A DNA stretch of 64,000 bases, from NCBI GenBank assembly GCA_004022145.1, contig RCNU01000007.1, one strand, 5' to 3'. Positions 25,601 through 37,897 of the stretch are shown one piece after another (position 1 is the first letter of the stretch; the number at the start of each line of letters is the position of its first letter). This stretch comes from Paecilomyces variotii (taxonomy: Eukaryota). A program made the position numbers and the translations under genes. The notes below the pieces were generated by a model. That model saw only the letters and a program-made list of their open reading frames with translations. It made no database searches and had not been told where the DNA came from.

Positions 25601-26605
25601 TACGAAGACGAAAATGGCAACGTCTATCAGAAGGAGCAGTTGGTTTGGGACCCCCGGGTTATCAGACAGTACACCCAGTACCGCTTCAAGATGGAGGCTC
25701 TCCAGACAAAGTGGGCTGCTCTAAACAAACACATTCTGCGTATTATAACTGACTATCTGGCAGACTCGATAAGATCGAACCTACGGGCGACCGTGAAGTG
25801 GACGCTCGTAACATGAAACTGTACAACTTCTACCCGTCCCAGTTCTTTTATCAGCTACTGACTTTCTCTATCCAGACTCGAAGCGGAACTTGGCAGACTC
25901 AACCGGAACAAAGAACGCCGCTTCGCTCGCGAGAAGCAGAAAGGAGTCAGCTCAAAACCAAATGGGGAATCTCCCAGCGAAGCCGGAACTCCCGGAGCTG
26001 GAAAGCCAGCAGGCACCCAAAGAAAGTGTGCCAACTGTGGTCAAGTCGGCCACATCAAGACCAACAAAAAGTGCGCAAACCACCCTAAATACAGAAAGGC
26101 TAAGCAGAAACGCTATGAAGTCTATGAGCCCGGCCCCAATGACCCCGTACCCGGTGACACTGAGCCTACTATCATTGCACCCAATGATCCTGCACTTGAT
26201 TTTTTACCTTACTGTTCTGGAGCCCTTACTGTTGAAGCTCCGGGCGCTGAAGAGCATCCTGGGGACACTGTTCTCAATGCACCTACACCCGTCTCTATAC
26301 AAACTTGAGCGGGCCAACCACTTTGGCTCCAGAGCTACCTTCCTCTTAGGAACCCCCAAGGGAGCGCTTTCGCACCGCGAGCTTCAAAGGACCCAAGAGT
26401 TCAATCGTTTTTCGTTTTGTCATTTGAGAAGAATCGATCATCGACTTCAAAAATATTCACCCAGGATTTTTTTCAAAGGAACCCATTGGCTAACGTGATT
26501 ACCCATCATCTCAACAGGCTCTGTCCCCTTCTCAACGGTACAATGAAACCCGAAGATCGAATCAGCGGATCCGCTTTTGCCATGGGCTTGCCACCAGCCG
26601 TTTAA
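22682..26605 (+). CDS. taf1: TFIID subunit TAF1 (exons 22682-25710, 25764-25820, 25876-26070, 26518-26605)
   Basis: TAND-like KADDAIDYEDIDDDDLP; YNISNDEAY; EYSEEVP; PGPHSRKVT; APWKTTRNF; GEGDPTGRGEGFSF; C-terminal zinc knuckle CANCGQVGH. Confidence 0.95.
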
Positions 26606-27425
26606 CTTCCACTCCTCACTTCTTCCCCTATCGGTTCGGCCAAAGCAAAGAACACAAGATCGAATCGAGTCAAACCGATCGAAAAACCTATTCTCCGACA
26701 CAGCGATTCCCGTCTCAGTTTTCTCCCTGGAATTCAAATTCAATAAATTTATCTCAACCATCAATCAATCACACTTCCCCGTCGATCCTGGCTGATTCAG
26801 CGGGGGAGGAAACAACAAAATACCATATCCCGCTTATTTTTGTACCTGTACATACATATACTTTGCACGGTGAGACTTGATTATGCTCTTTACTTTTAGT
26901 GCTGTCTAGATGGACATGTGGGGAATTTGTTCTTTTCTTTTCTTTTTTTCTTTTGCGGGAAGAAAAGCCTCATCTCAATAGGTACCGGTTTACGATTCTA
27001 TTAATTGTTGTTATTCGTTATGGAGTTTGTACTGTGCGCATGTGATACCTGCTGGGACGAAAGGGAAAGAGTCTGGATTGCAATCGATGCGGATGGGACA
27101 TTTCTTTCGATGGAACATGAGTTATTACGAGTCTCTAGTCACAGAGTGTAGCAGTTTAGAAATGAAATAATTTGGATGCTGCACAGGACAGAGACTTAGG
27201 AGAGGAAGAAAGTCAATTCTGTTAATGATCTTGACTGTTATTAAAGATGATTCGTCACTATACGTCCTTTGCAAACGGACTAAAGAACGCCTGAGGCCCT
27301 TCACCTCAAAGAGAGTAAGTAGCAATATGTCAGGTGGTTAATAAGCCTAAACAATGTATAACAATGACGCGACCTCGTTGCATCTCCCAAACCTGACCAG
27401 AGCAGTTCAGCAGCAGGGGCTCTGA

Positions 27426-30400
27426 TCAAGAAAGGTCTAGCATATCTCGGGACATCAATGACCTGCCTCTTTCGAGTTCGAGAGCTGCCATTACGGCTTT
27501 CGGCCGACGATACGTATAGCCCAAGAAAGCGCCTCTCTTCCGAATGTCCAGAACTGTCTGCCCCACAGCATCATCTCGCAATATTTTGTCCCGGGGTCTC
27601 TTCTTCTCCTTCTTTTTCTTGTGGATCTTGGGGATGATCTTAGTGACGGACTGAAGTCGAGACGGATTTGCAGCGCCCGCGCCATCGGTCATCTGTTGTC
27701 CCAGATCCGGAGACTGCATTTGAGACTCAATAGGAGAGTTGGAATTGACTGCGTCAGGCATATGAGTATCCGGATCTTGATTGGGACTAGGAATTGCATC
27801 CGGTATGTCACTATGGCTTGACGTGTCGTCAATATCACTGATCGGCTCCTCTTCATCGAAGTACTTCGTGTCTTCCCAACTCTTTACCTTGGGGACGAAT
27901 GGTGGCTTCCGTAAATGGATGTCGTCCCATCGGATTCCTCTGAAGAATGGATGTGCTTTGATATCTCCTGCATCTTCAGGATACACATAAAATCCTCTGT
28001 AGTCCTTGCTTTGGCGATCAGCCGGGAGATTCAGGAGCTCCCCGGGGACCCTTTTCGAATGTACAAAGTCATTTAGCATGTACTTTCTCGAACATAGCCG
28101 GTACTCCTTTTCTTGCACAATCTGACTGATGAGGTCTATTGCTTCAGCAGAGACAAGTTTGTCGGAAGGCTTCTCCACCGGGAAGTGCAATGTTCGAGGA
28201 TGTTGCTGTTACATGTCTCAGTCAGTGGAGAAATACAAGCAATGGGTTACTCACGAGAATCTTCAGTTTTGTTTCTTGACGGTTCTCGCAGGCGAAGGGT
28301 GTATACCCGTATAGGCACTTATATGGTCAGAGAACTGCAGCATATTCTGAATGCGATAAATTACCTCGTATAATATGATTCCGATACTCCACCAATCACA
28401 CCTGCCGTCGTACGGTTCACCCCGAATGACCTCGGGGGCCATATACTGGCTGGTTCCCACAACACTCTTCGCGAGTCTTCTCTTCTCCTTTCTGTTGCGC
28501 CACTGGAGAAGGGTTTCATTCGGCCCAGGGCCTCTGTCCTCTTCTTCATTGTTTGGTTGCTCGGGGCGCGTCCCTGGGGGAGCATTCGCTGCAGCATTCG
28601 CTTCCTCACGATCCTGCTTGTCGCCTTCAATGGTAATACCCAGTTTCTTCAACAATGAGTGTCTGTGGTTATTGAAATACGCTTGGTCATGAGACCAATG
28701 ACCATCAAAGGCTAGACCGAAATCTGAAATCTTCAGATGGCCAGAGGCGGATATAAGGAAATTGTCAGGTTTCACATCGCGATGTATCCATCGCAGCCGA
28801 TGGGCCTCTTCGACACACAGAACCATCTCCGCGATATACCATCTTGTCACTTCTTCTGACAGTATGTTCTTACGAATAAGCAATCCCAAGAAATCCCCCC
28901 CGACCATGAAGTCCATCACGAGATAGAGGTTGTGCGTGTCTTGGAAGCTAGCGATAAGAGGTACAATCCATCGGGACTTCTCAGAGGCGACGAGGAAATC
29001 CCTCTCCGCTCGCAAATGTCCCTCTTGACTGTTTCTTAGCATGTCCGATTTTCGTATGACTTTCATGGCGTATACTTCCTTCTTGATCTTGGTCAAATCT
29101 CTTCGACGACTGGATCGAGTTCCATCAACAGCTGACCTAAGCGCATCCAGAGTCGTCGCCTTTGAACGGCTGGTATCGCCCTTCGAGGTAACTAATCCTT
29201 CATCTACAGTGTTTCCTTGGATTTCGTCACTTTCTTTCTTTTCTTTGACTAAGCGCACAACGCCAAAACTTCCTTTGCCTAAGACTTTGATGACCTCATA
29301 TCCTGCAACAGAGACCGTCTCACTGCGACGCACGCAGTTAGAACGAGTCTTTAGAACCCTAGACTGACGAAGGTATTCGCTTTCCTGGACAACCCAGGCA
29401 TTTATGAGCCTGCGTCTCTCTTCTGAGGAAATAGGTAAGGACCGTAGTTGTCCTTCAAGTTCTCGCAGTCTCCGGGAGCGCGGGCAGGTCCTCGAGAGAA
29501 TAGAATTGAAGTGTGTCTCGAAGAAGATCTTCGCTGTAGCCGTCGCCTCAACAGTCACAATAGACGGAGAAAAAGAAATGGGCGTCTCCTCTATAGGTCG
29601 CAATTTTTTGTCAGTCTCCCGCGACCAGACAGATAAACTCCGTTCTAATGGTCGCTTCGTTTCAGGAAAGGTAGATGGATCCTCGGAAGTTGGATTTGTC
29701 GATTCTCTGAGTGAGGGTGAAATGCCGCCGCTGGTATCTTGAGATGGGTCTGAACTGTCCTGGGTATTGTCACCTTGCTTGCTTAAAGTGCCTACCGAAG
29801 AGGGTGCCAGGAGAGCAGGAATACTAGGCCGGGAACGGAGACTTGTCCGACGAATAACGGTAGGGTGTCCAAAGGTCGTGGACAGCTTTCGAGATACTCG
29901 ATAGGTGAGACCGGGAGTAGACTGGCATCGACGCACCGAGGTTACAGGCGGGCAACCCGGAGGAAGTAGCACATATTGTGGACCGAGCAAAGCGTCTATA
30001 TGCTGTCGCTGTTTCCCCTGCTTTCGAGTAGATGGTGCGTGGCGTAGCTCAGACATTTGTTCTGAACTTGCACGAGTTGCTCTTGCCACGCTCTGATTAA
30101 TAGGACTAGGGGGTGGAGACAACAGTTGAGCAGCTTCCTGGGTCGATCTCAATCCCAATCGAGATGTGATCCGGGAGTCTGAAACTCCATCTAGATCGTG
30201 TGGTGTGATAGGAGCTTCAGACGGTTCATTCACTGTTCGGCTCACTATTCATGAAGTCAGTAGACAGAGCAGAAAAGAATGCGATGGCAGATAAGCAAAC
30301 CATTGCTGTTTCTCAGGCCTAGGATTGACAATAGTTTCGAACTGCTTCTTCTGAAGCGCCCCTTTATTCCACCTTTATCATTGTTACTTTCCGGAGTAGC

Positions 30401-30532
30401 ATCAGACACTGATGTCAGAGAGTTGCTTGTCGCCGGTTGAAGATCAGAATCGACCACGATCACTTTAGTAGGCGTCCGGTGACCGAATAGACTGCGTGAG
30501 GTCCTGGTTTTCCTCTTTCGACCAAGAGTCAT
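27426..30532 (-). CDS. NDR/LATS-subfamily AGC Ser/Thr kinase (Cbk1/COT1-related paralog), 4 exons
   Basis: GKGSFGVV, YAMKVIRK, HLRAERDFL, HRDVKPDNFL, DFG with long insert before AKSVVGTSQYMAPE, PPFVPKV and hydrophobic motif FLGYTY; start codon tentative. Confidence 0.9.
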
Positions 30533-31267
30533 GTCCCCGGAAATGACGTGACGGTGCAAGACAGGAGAGAAAGTCTAGAAGCGACGAAAGTACTGTGGAA
30601 GTCGGGCAGGATCCTGCACAATGACACGGAGTATAAGACTTTATAATGACTGCAAGTTAGCTCGACAGCAATCTGATGCCATCTGAAGGGAAAGATAACA
30701 CGATGGGGGATAACTGCTGTAGACGAGATGGGAGACGCGGAAACGGATGGAGGAAGAATGAAGATGAAGTCCAAGTTGGCCATGTCTCCCAGATGTGGAA
30801 GGAACCAGGGGGCAGGATGTATTATGTGCGGAAGTCGTGATAAAGCACCCAGATACGACGGTTAGAAAACTGACTTAATCACTGTCGGGGAAGATATAGG
30901 AAGATTGAACCGAAGAAGGACGCTTTCTATATTTTTAAGCCCGGCTATTCCACTAGCTAGACAAGACGAGATACTCGAGCATTCAGAGGACAAACCACCC
31001 ACAAAATACTCGAACTATGAACTTTTGATACATAGGAAATGTGCAAACTCCTAGAGCGATATCCTCATCCCTGCTCAATGCAACGAAAAGCTGCGCGAAA
31101 GAAATACAAGTCGGATATCTTGGGATGAGATAAGAGAAAAACAGCCCATAAAACACCGCATGATGTGACTAAAAAAAGAAAATGAAATGATCAAAGAAAA
31201 CGAGGACGCGAGATATTGCAGTGCAGCCCCGGATCTGGAGGCCACGTAACCCATCAATATGTCCATT

Positions 31268-32911
31268 TTACTTGATCTCAAGGAGCTTGACATCGAAGAT
31301 GAGCTTCGAGTTGGCGGGGATACCGGGGAGAGCCTTCTTGCCGTAGGCCAAGTGAGGAGGGATAGAGATGCGGCGCTCACCACCGGCGGCCATACCAGCA
31401 ACACCGATGTCCCAGCCCTTGATGACCTCGCCCTTGCCCAGCTTGAAGGTGAATGGCTTTCCCTTCTTGTTGGCTACAGAACTGTTAGCGAATTGTATCG
31501 CATGTGGTGAGTTACACATCGGTTTCACTTACAATCGAAGACCTTGCCATCCTCAAGCTTGCCAATGTATCTCATGGCAACAGTGTTACCAGCCTTGGCA
31601 GCAGGGCCCTTTCCGAGCTTCTTGTCATCGATCTTCACGCCATTGATCTCCTTGACACCGAGGGTTCCAGTGGGCTTGTCAGCGGGCTTCTCAGCGGGCT
31701 TCTTGTCCTGACCAGAGGGAGTGGGTCCCTGCTCGAGGTTCTTTGCGAACTGGACCTTCTTGTCCGACTTGGTCTCCTTCTTGGCCTCAACTGGAGCAGC
31801 CTCACCGTTGTTCTTCTTCAGCTTCTTCTGCTGCTTCTTGCTCAGGGTTTCGCCGTTGGTGGCGGCCTTGTCCTTGGCCACGAGGTCATCGAGACTCTCA
31901 GCGGCGCGCTTGTTCTTTCCCTTGGCCTCAACGAGTTTAGGAGCTTCCTCCTCTTCCTCGTCGCTGTTGATCTCGGTGATGCGAGGGTTCTCCAGGCCAT
32001 CGAGCTCGTCATCCTCGTCATCCTCGTCCATCAGATCCTCGAGGTCGAGTTCATCCTCGTCGGGAGAGAGGTCGTACTCGTCGTCCTCATCATCCTCATC
32101 CTCGTCGTAGGGTCTGCGGCCCTCGTCTGTGGGGATGACATAGTTACCGGTCAGGAAGACAGTGTGAGTACCGGTGACCTTGAAGAAGACACGCTCGTCC
32201 TCAGAGACGGTGATGTCCAGAGCTTGCTGGCATTGCTACATTGATGTTATGTCAGTCAACAGATCATGAATATTGCAGCGCGGGGTATTGATCGAACTAA
32301 CCCTCTCAGGGTCCAGAGTGCAGACCACGATCTCCTCAAGCTCCAGGCTCTCGTCAGACTCGTTGTCATCGTCGTCGTCAGTAGCGGGGGCCTTGCCCTT
32401 GAGAAGCTTGGAAATGGCGGCCTTGATGTCGATCTCATCTCCCTCGGACTCGTCCTCCTCCATAGCCTCCTCCATCTCCTTCAAGGCCGCGGCCTCCTTG
32501 CGCTGCTTAGCCTTCTCCTTGTCGCTGGGGCCGCCGTTGACCTCCTCGTCATCGGAGTCGTCCTCATCGCTCTCGTCTTCGTAGTCCTCATCGTCCTCCT
32601 CATCATCGTCGAAATCCACACCGCCAGGAGCACGAATCAGTCTGAGGGTAGCGCGAGGCTTGCTGGGACCAGCACCATCGTCAAAGTCGGGAGCCTCATC
32701 AGGGTCGATGGCTGCCATGCTGACGCGGAACTATCGCATTGCTATCAGAATACTAGAACCGCCAAAAAGATACGCATTATGTGAAGCGCATGCCACACAT
32801 ATTATCTAGGGGCGCACTCACCATCGCAGAGGCCTCAGGAACAGCCGGGATCAGGATGCCACCGGGGGGCACCCGGAGGGCATAAACAGCAACAGGCTGA
32901 GTTCCAGACAT
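31268..32911 (-). CDS. fpr4: Nucleolar FKBP-type PPIase/histone chaperone (nucleoplasmin-like domain, acidic tracts, FKBP domain), 4 exons
   Basis: N-terminal MAAIDPDE...RATLRL...VCTLDPE; D/E tracts; FKBP domain [16 protein letters not shown]...[14 protein letters not shown]...IPPHLAYG...LIFDVKL. Confidence 0.93.
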
Positions 32912-33548
32912 TATGAGCTGGTATCTGAACTTAACGTTATAAACGACTGCGTTCTTTTAACGGAAGAAAAAATGCCAAGAAAGAAAGAAAGATATATTTT
33001 CTCTTTTTTCGCAGCAGCAGTTAACGGCAATGACCAGCGTCTTATCTGGCTGGAAGAGAAAACGAGAGAAGACAGGGAGGGAAAAATTTATCAACAAGCA
33101 AGGCGGAGCGGGTGGAGAGAGAAAGCTTCTCTGGAGCTGGCCGACTTTTTTTTTTTCTTTCTCTAGGCGGTGACTATCGATAGCCAACCAGGGCGGTGAC
33201 CGCAGCCCCGGCAACGTCTCGATCTATGACCATAGAATCATAGATACTCCGTACCATATCTAGTAGTCTAGAGTTAACTTCAGTCTAACTTCGTTTCTTT
33301 AGTTCCTCCATTATTATTAGTTGATTCGAAGATATTTTCTTCTTCTTCTTTGGGTCCAATTCTACTCTAACTGAATCGCCTCCACTTTCTGCCGCTGCCC
33401 ACCGCTCAACAATCCGCCTCTCCCGTGACCTGTTTCCTCGCGTCGACCGCCACCAGACGTGTTACTGTGTAGAAAACGTGTTGTACAGGCTCAACAGGAT
33501 CTCTTGCTGACGGAGAGACACTGGAGATGCTGTCGCAGTGTGCCCACT

Positions 33549-36500
33549 ATGGGCTCACTACATGAAGCAAATTCAAGCGCTGTGCGCAAAAGGATCGAAG
33601 GCCGTGAGTACATTATTTTCCCCGCGGATGACGTCGGCGCTAACCGCGCGATAGATACGTTCGATAATGAGGAGGGCGAGGAATATGAAGCCTCTCGATT
33701 CGGGGGGTTTGGAGACTATATGCGGAGGAAGAAGATCAAACTCCAGAATCTAGACGCGGAAATTCGAGCTTCGTCCCCCGGCAAGCCGCCGATTTTTCGC
33801 GGGGTCGTCGCCTATGTCAATGGCTACACGCAACCCTCATTAAACGACATCCATAACTTGATCGTGAGTCACGGCGGAGGTTTTCTGCAATATCTCGATG
33901 GGAAGACGGTCGCGACTCATATTATCGCCAGCTCCCTAACGCCAAAAAAGCGGGAGGAATTTCGCAGATACCGCATAGTGAAGCCAGCCTGGGTGGTCGA
34001 CAGTATCAAAGCTGGGCGGCTGTTGCCATGGGATGGCTATCGCGTCGTGGATGAAGGCCAGTCGCAGAAGGTCCTGAAATTTGACTCTGGTCGCCTATCG
34101 AGCCAGGCAAATATCCAGAAACAAGGCTACAAAGACCAGTCTGATGCTAGCTGGTACACATCTCAGCTCAAAGGCCAGGGCAGAGTCAGTGAGGACGTGA
34201 GAAGCCCGATCTCTTCTCCTCCCACACGTGGTGATGCCACACCAGTTCCTCCAGCTTCGAGCACTGGAAAGGAATCTGATTATGGGGAGTTTCCTAGCAT
34301 GGAGTCGTTGACTGACAATCGAGATCCTCCAACCACTCCAAAACAAGCGACAGGGCCAGTAGATGAAGAGGAGTCAGTGTTGAGGGATCCTTTAGAGCAA
34401 TCTGCTCCTGTTTTTGAGCCCCCGCCAGAAGATACACCTGCCCCGATGGAGATGCCCCTCATCCGCGAACCCATAGCTGCAAGACCCGGAATAACGCCCG
34501 AAGAATACAATGCGCAGCTGCTGTCCGATCCTCGCATGAGAAATTCAAGTGTAATGAATCCTGAGTTTGTCCAACAGTTCTACCGGGAGTCGCGCTTGCA
34601 TCATCTTTCAACGTGGAAAGCCGAGCTGAAAGCACAGCTTCAGGCGGCTACTCATGAGAAGTTACAGTCACAAGCTGCTAAGAAAAAGAGACTTCCTGGA
34701 GCACGTAGATATATCTTGCATGTGGATTTTGACAGTTTCTTCGCTGCTGTCTCGATCCAGAAGCGCCCAGAGCTTATTGACAAGCCTGTCGCTGTGGCCC
34801 ACGGAACCGGAAATGGTTCTGAGATCGCGAGCTGCAACTATCCGGCTCGTGCATACGGGATCAAGAACGGCATGTGGATGAAAGGTGCGCTGCAGATGTG
34901 TCCTGATCTGCACGTGGTACCGTATGACTTTCCTGCCTACGAAGAAGCCAGTCGCAAGTTCTACAGTTCAATCCTAGCTATCGAAGGTGTTGTCCAGAGT
35001 GTTAGTATCGATGAAGCTCTGGTGGACATAACAATGCAGTGCCTTGAAGCCGGGGGTTCGGACGGTAGAGGCATTTCCGAGGGGTCCATCTATAGGGAGC
35101 AAGCCAGAGCCGATGCGGTTGCTGCTCAGCTACGAGCTGCCGTAAAAGAGAAGACCGGATGCGCCGTCTCTGTCGGTATCGGAGGTAATATCCTCCAGGC
35201 CAAGGTTGCTTTGAGGAAGGCGAAGCCTGCAGGCCAGTTCTACCTCAAACCCGACGCTGTCCTGGATTTTATCGGGAACTTGACAGTACAAGATCTCCCT
35301 GGTGTTGCGTATAGTATAGGTGGGAAGCTGGAGGAGCTTGGAGTGACGTACGTGAAAGACATCAGGGAGCTATCCAGAGACAAACTGGTCTCGGCCCTCG
35401 GTCCCAAAACTGGGATCAAACTATGGGAGTATGCGCGCGGAATCGATCGTACTGAAGTCGGGACAGAGGTCATGAGGAAATCGGTATCTGCTGAGATAAA
35501 CTGGGGAATCAGATTCGTCACTCAAGCTCAGGCCGAGGAGTTTGTACACAATCTTTGCGGCGAACTCCACCGTCGCCTCGTGGAGAATCTTGTCAAAGGG
35601 AGACAGCTGACGATGAGGATCATGCGGAGGTCCGCAGATGCTCCTTTGGAACCCGTGAAGCACCTTGGCCATGGGAAATGTGATGTGTTCAACAAAAGCA
35701 TCATCCTTGGGGTTGCTACTAACGCCAAGGACGTAATTGCGAAGGAAGCCGTTTCGATCCTCAGAGGCTTCAACTTTTCCCCTGGAGATTTGCGAGGTTT
35801 GGGGGTTCAGATGACCAAGCTGGAGCCTGTGAAGAGCTTGCAAAGCAGTCAACAACAGCTAAACTTCAAGATGTCTCCAGTCCGTCCCAAGAGCGAGCCA
35901 AAGCCAATGGCCGATCCAGATGAGGTTGACAGTCCACGCAAGGGTGACCGTTCCGCCTTGTCTGAGATTTCAAGTGCTGTCTCCCATGCGCCATCCCTGA
36001 ATGACAGTACACAGAAGCCTCTCAATCTCACCGGTACTCAGTTTATCCTGCCAAGCCAGGCAGATCCTGAGGTGGTGGCCGAACTTCCCGGGGACATACG
36101 GTCACGATTTGTGTCCAGGTCGAAGTCTGGTCCGGAAAATACTCGTTCAGAATCTCCTACACCATCGTCTCGCCGTGGGACCGCTGCGAGAAGCGTGGAA
36201 CTCCCTCCCCAATCCCAGTTAGACCCGGATACTCTCAATGCCCTTCCTGAAGACGTACGTTCTGAAATCCTTGCTTATTATGGCCGACCATCCGCGAGGA
36301 CGGGGTCAGTCCCTACTGCGCCTTCATCACGACCGCAGTCCTCTGGCAGCTCTGGATTGAAGGTCACAACTCCAACAAAGAAACGGCGAGGCCGGCCCCC
36401 ATCTAAAGGCCTCAAAGTTTCAGGGAACGCTACACTAACTCAGTCCAACTTTATCCGAATCAGACCGTCGAGTTCCGCTGCCGGTCCAGCAGATAGCATA

Positions 36501-37103
36501 TCCCACCGACAGGCATCTCCACAAGTTGATGAACCTGTCGAAATATCCGAGGACTTTCTTGCGGCTCTACCAGAGGATATCCGCCATGAAGTCCTGGAAG
36601 AGCAAAAGCGAATTCGTATGCAGCAACGTTCCGCAATGAGCGTCCCAGCCACAAGAAGGCCAGTACAGCCGAAGCCCGCAACCCCAGTCACCGTTGGACA
36701 GAAGCGTCTTCAGCTCCCTCCACGTCCAGAGAGGCCTACTTTTACATCAAAGAAGCTATCCACACTACCAGAACTCCGGGAAGCCCTCAGTGCCTGGTAC
36801 TCTTCTTTCAGCACAGATGGCCCATTCGCTGAAGATGTCGAAGCTCTATCAAAATACCTCCGACGTGTGGTCTTGGAAGAGAAAGACATCGACAAAGCAG
36901 TCTCAGTGACTGAATGGCTTTGCTGGTTAATATCCGACGGCCATCAGAACAACCAGGAGTCAACGACGAGCGATACCCCAGAGAATAAAGATACAAATGC
37001 TCAATCTTACCAAGCATGGACTACTGCTCTCGAAATGGTCCAGGAGAGCGTACAAGCTGCTGTACAGGAAAGAGGACTTCCGCCCGTTGAGTTTTCATCG
37101 TAA
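33549..37103 (+). CDS. rev1: Y-family translesion deoxycytidyl transferase REV1 (intron 33604-33654)
   Basis: BRCT domain (IFRGVVAYVNGYTQP...VKPAWVVDSI), SRLHHLSTWK, HVDFDSFF, IASCNYPAR, SIDE, RKSVSAEINWGIRF, UBM repeats. Confidence 0.96.
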   Translation: MGSLHEANSSAVRKRIEGREYIIFPADDVGANRAIDTFDNEEGEEYEASRFGGFGDYMRRKKIKLQNLDAEIRASSPGKPPIFRGVVAYVNGYTQPSLNDIHNLIVSHGGGFLQYLDGKTVATHIIASSLTPKKREEFRRYRIVKPAWVVDSIKAGRLLPWDGYRVVDEGQSQKVLKFDSGRLSSQANIQKQGYKDQSDASWYTSQLKGQGRVSEDVRSPISSPPTRGDATPVPPASSTGKESDYGEFPSMESLTDNRDPPTTPKQATGPVDEEESVLRDPLEQSAPVFEPPPEDTPAPMEMPLIREPIAARPGITPEEYNAQLLSDPRMRNSSVMNPEFVQQFYRESRLHHLSTWKAELKAQLQAATHEKLQSQAAKKKRLPGARRYILHVDFDSFFAAVSIQKRPELIDKPVAVAHGTGNGSEIASCNYPARAYGIKNGMWMKGALQMCPDLHVVPYDFPAYEEASRKFYSSILAIEGVVQSVSIDEALVDITMQCLEAGGSDGRGISEGSIYREQARADAVAAQLRAAVKEKTGCAVSVGIGGNILQAKVALRKAKPAGQFYLKPDAVLDFIGNLTVQDLPGVAYSIGGKLEELGVTYVKDIRELSRDKLVSALGPKTGIKLWEYARGIDRTEVGTEVMRKSVSAEINWGIRFVTQAQAEEFVHNLCGELHRRLVENLVKGRQLTMRIMRRSADAPLEPVKHLGHGKCDVFNKSIILGVATNAKDVIAKEAVSILRGFNFSPGDLRGLGVQMTKLEPVKSLQSSQQQLNFKMSPVRPKSEPKPMADPDEVDSPRKGDRSALSEISSAVSHAPSLNDSTQKPLNLTGTQFILPSQADPEVVAELPGDIRSRFVSRSKSGPENTRSESPTPSSRRGTAARSVELPPQSQLDPDTLNALPEDVRSEILAYYGRPSARTGSVPTAPSSRPQSSGSSGLKVTTPTKKRRGRPPSKGLKVSGNATLTQSNFIRIRPSSSAAGPADSISHRQASPQVDEPVEISEDFLAALPEDIRHEVLEEQKRIRMQQRSAMSVPATRRPVQPKPATPVTVGQKRLQLPPRPERPTFTSKKLSTLPELREALSAWYSSFSTDGPFAEDVEALSKYLRRVVLEEKDIDKAVSVTEWLCWLISDGHQNNQESTTSDTPENKDTNAQSYQAWTTALEMVQESVQAAVQERGLPPVEFSS

Positions 37104-37875
37104 TCATGAATGACTATTGTCCTTCTTTCATATGTACTGTACATATATACTATTACCAAATACCCCCAAATCTTTGTCTATAATAGTTAGTTCATTGGAT
37201 TGCCTCGCAACGGCTGATTCTTGGACACATACGAATATCACGATTGATGACCGTCCATTTCATATCCATAAAGATAGATATTATACAATCTCGACAAGAG
37301 AATAGATAATCCCTTTGATGAACTCTTCTAATCAGGCGTTGTCTACTTTTCCGTACGTCACCAAATGCTTCTCTGTCCAACTAGGAAGTGACCATGCGTC
37401 CAAACACCACTGGACCCCATCTCCAAGCAGGTAATTACTAACCACGTAGCTAATAGCTACCTAAGATGGTTCAATAGGATGCTGTAGGTAGTATGATTCG
37501 ATTTTTTGCGTGCCTACAAACAACCTTAGCATATAATAATCTAAAGAACTGACGACTACTAATTCTTAGTTTGAGAGGATATAAGGAGATTTTATTCCCT
37601 ACTGGAGGAGTATGGTATGTCCTATCGAAGGGATCGCATCCAGATTACTATTCACTTCAAGTCAGTCCGTCTCTTAGAGTAACTACTTAATTAAGATGAT
37701 AGTAATTTAGAGTAGTTTTCAAACGAGATTTTGTTAAGTACAGTAGTTACATACCTAGGTGGGATGAGTGGGGTCGTATGAATAGGGGTAAGTAACATAA
37801 CTATACTATGCAATGATGACTTGCGGGGGCTTCATGTATCTATCTATCTACCTGAAAGAAGCTAGGGATTGGAAG

Positions 37876-37897
37876 AAAAAAAAAAAAAAAAAAAAAA
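37876..37897. repeat. Poly(A) tract
   Basis: About 22 consecutive A in the REV1/methyltransferase convergent intergenic region. Confidence 0.85.

Noticed and set aside
25890-26498. 202-aa ORF overlapping the TAF1 3' end in another frame
   Set aside because: TTG start, out of frame with TAF1 and no recognisable motif; the in-frame read-through is the more credible signal
31504-32784. 246-aa and 172-aa plus-strand Leu/Val-rich ORFs
   Set aside because: Antisense to the D/E/K-rich, codon-biased fpr4 gene
37480-37860. AT/TA-rich patch as a RIP-degraded transposon
   Set aside because: Short, no terminal repeats or transposase remnants; consistent with a convergent terminator region
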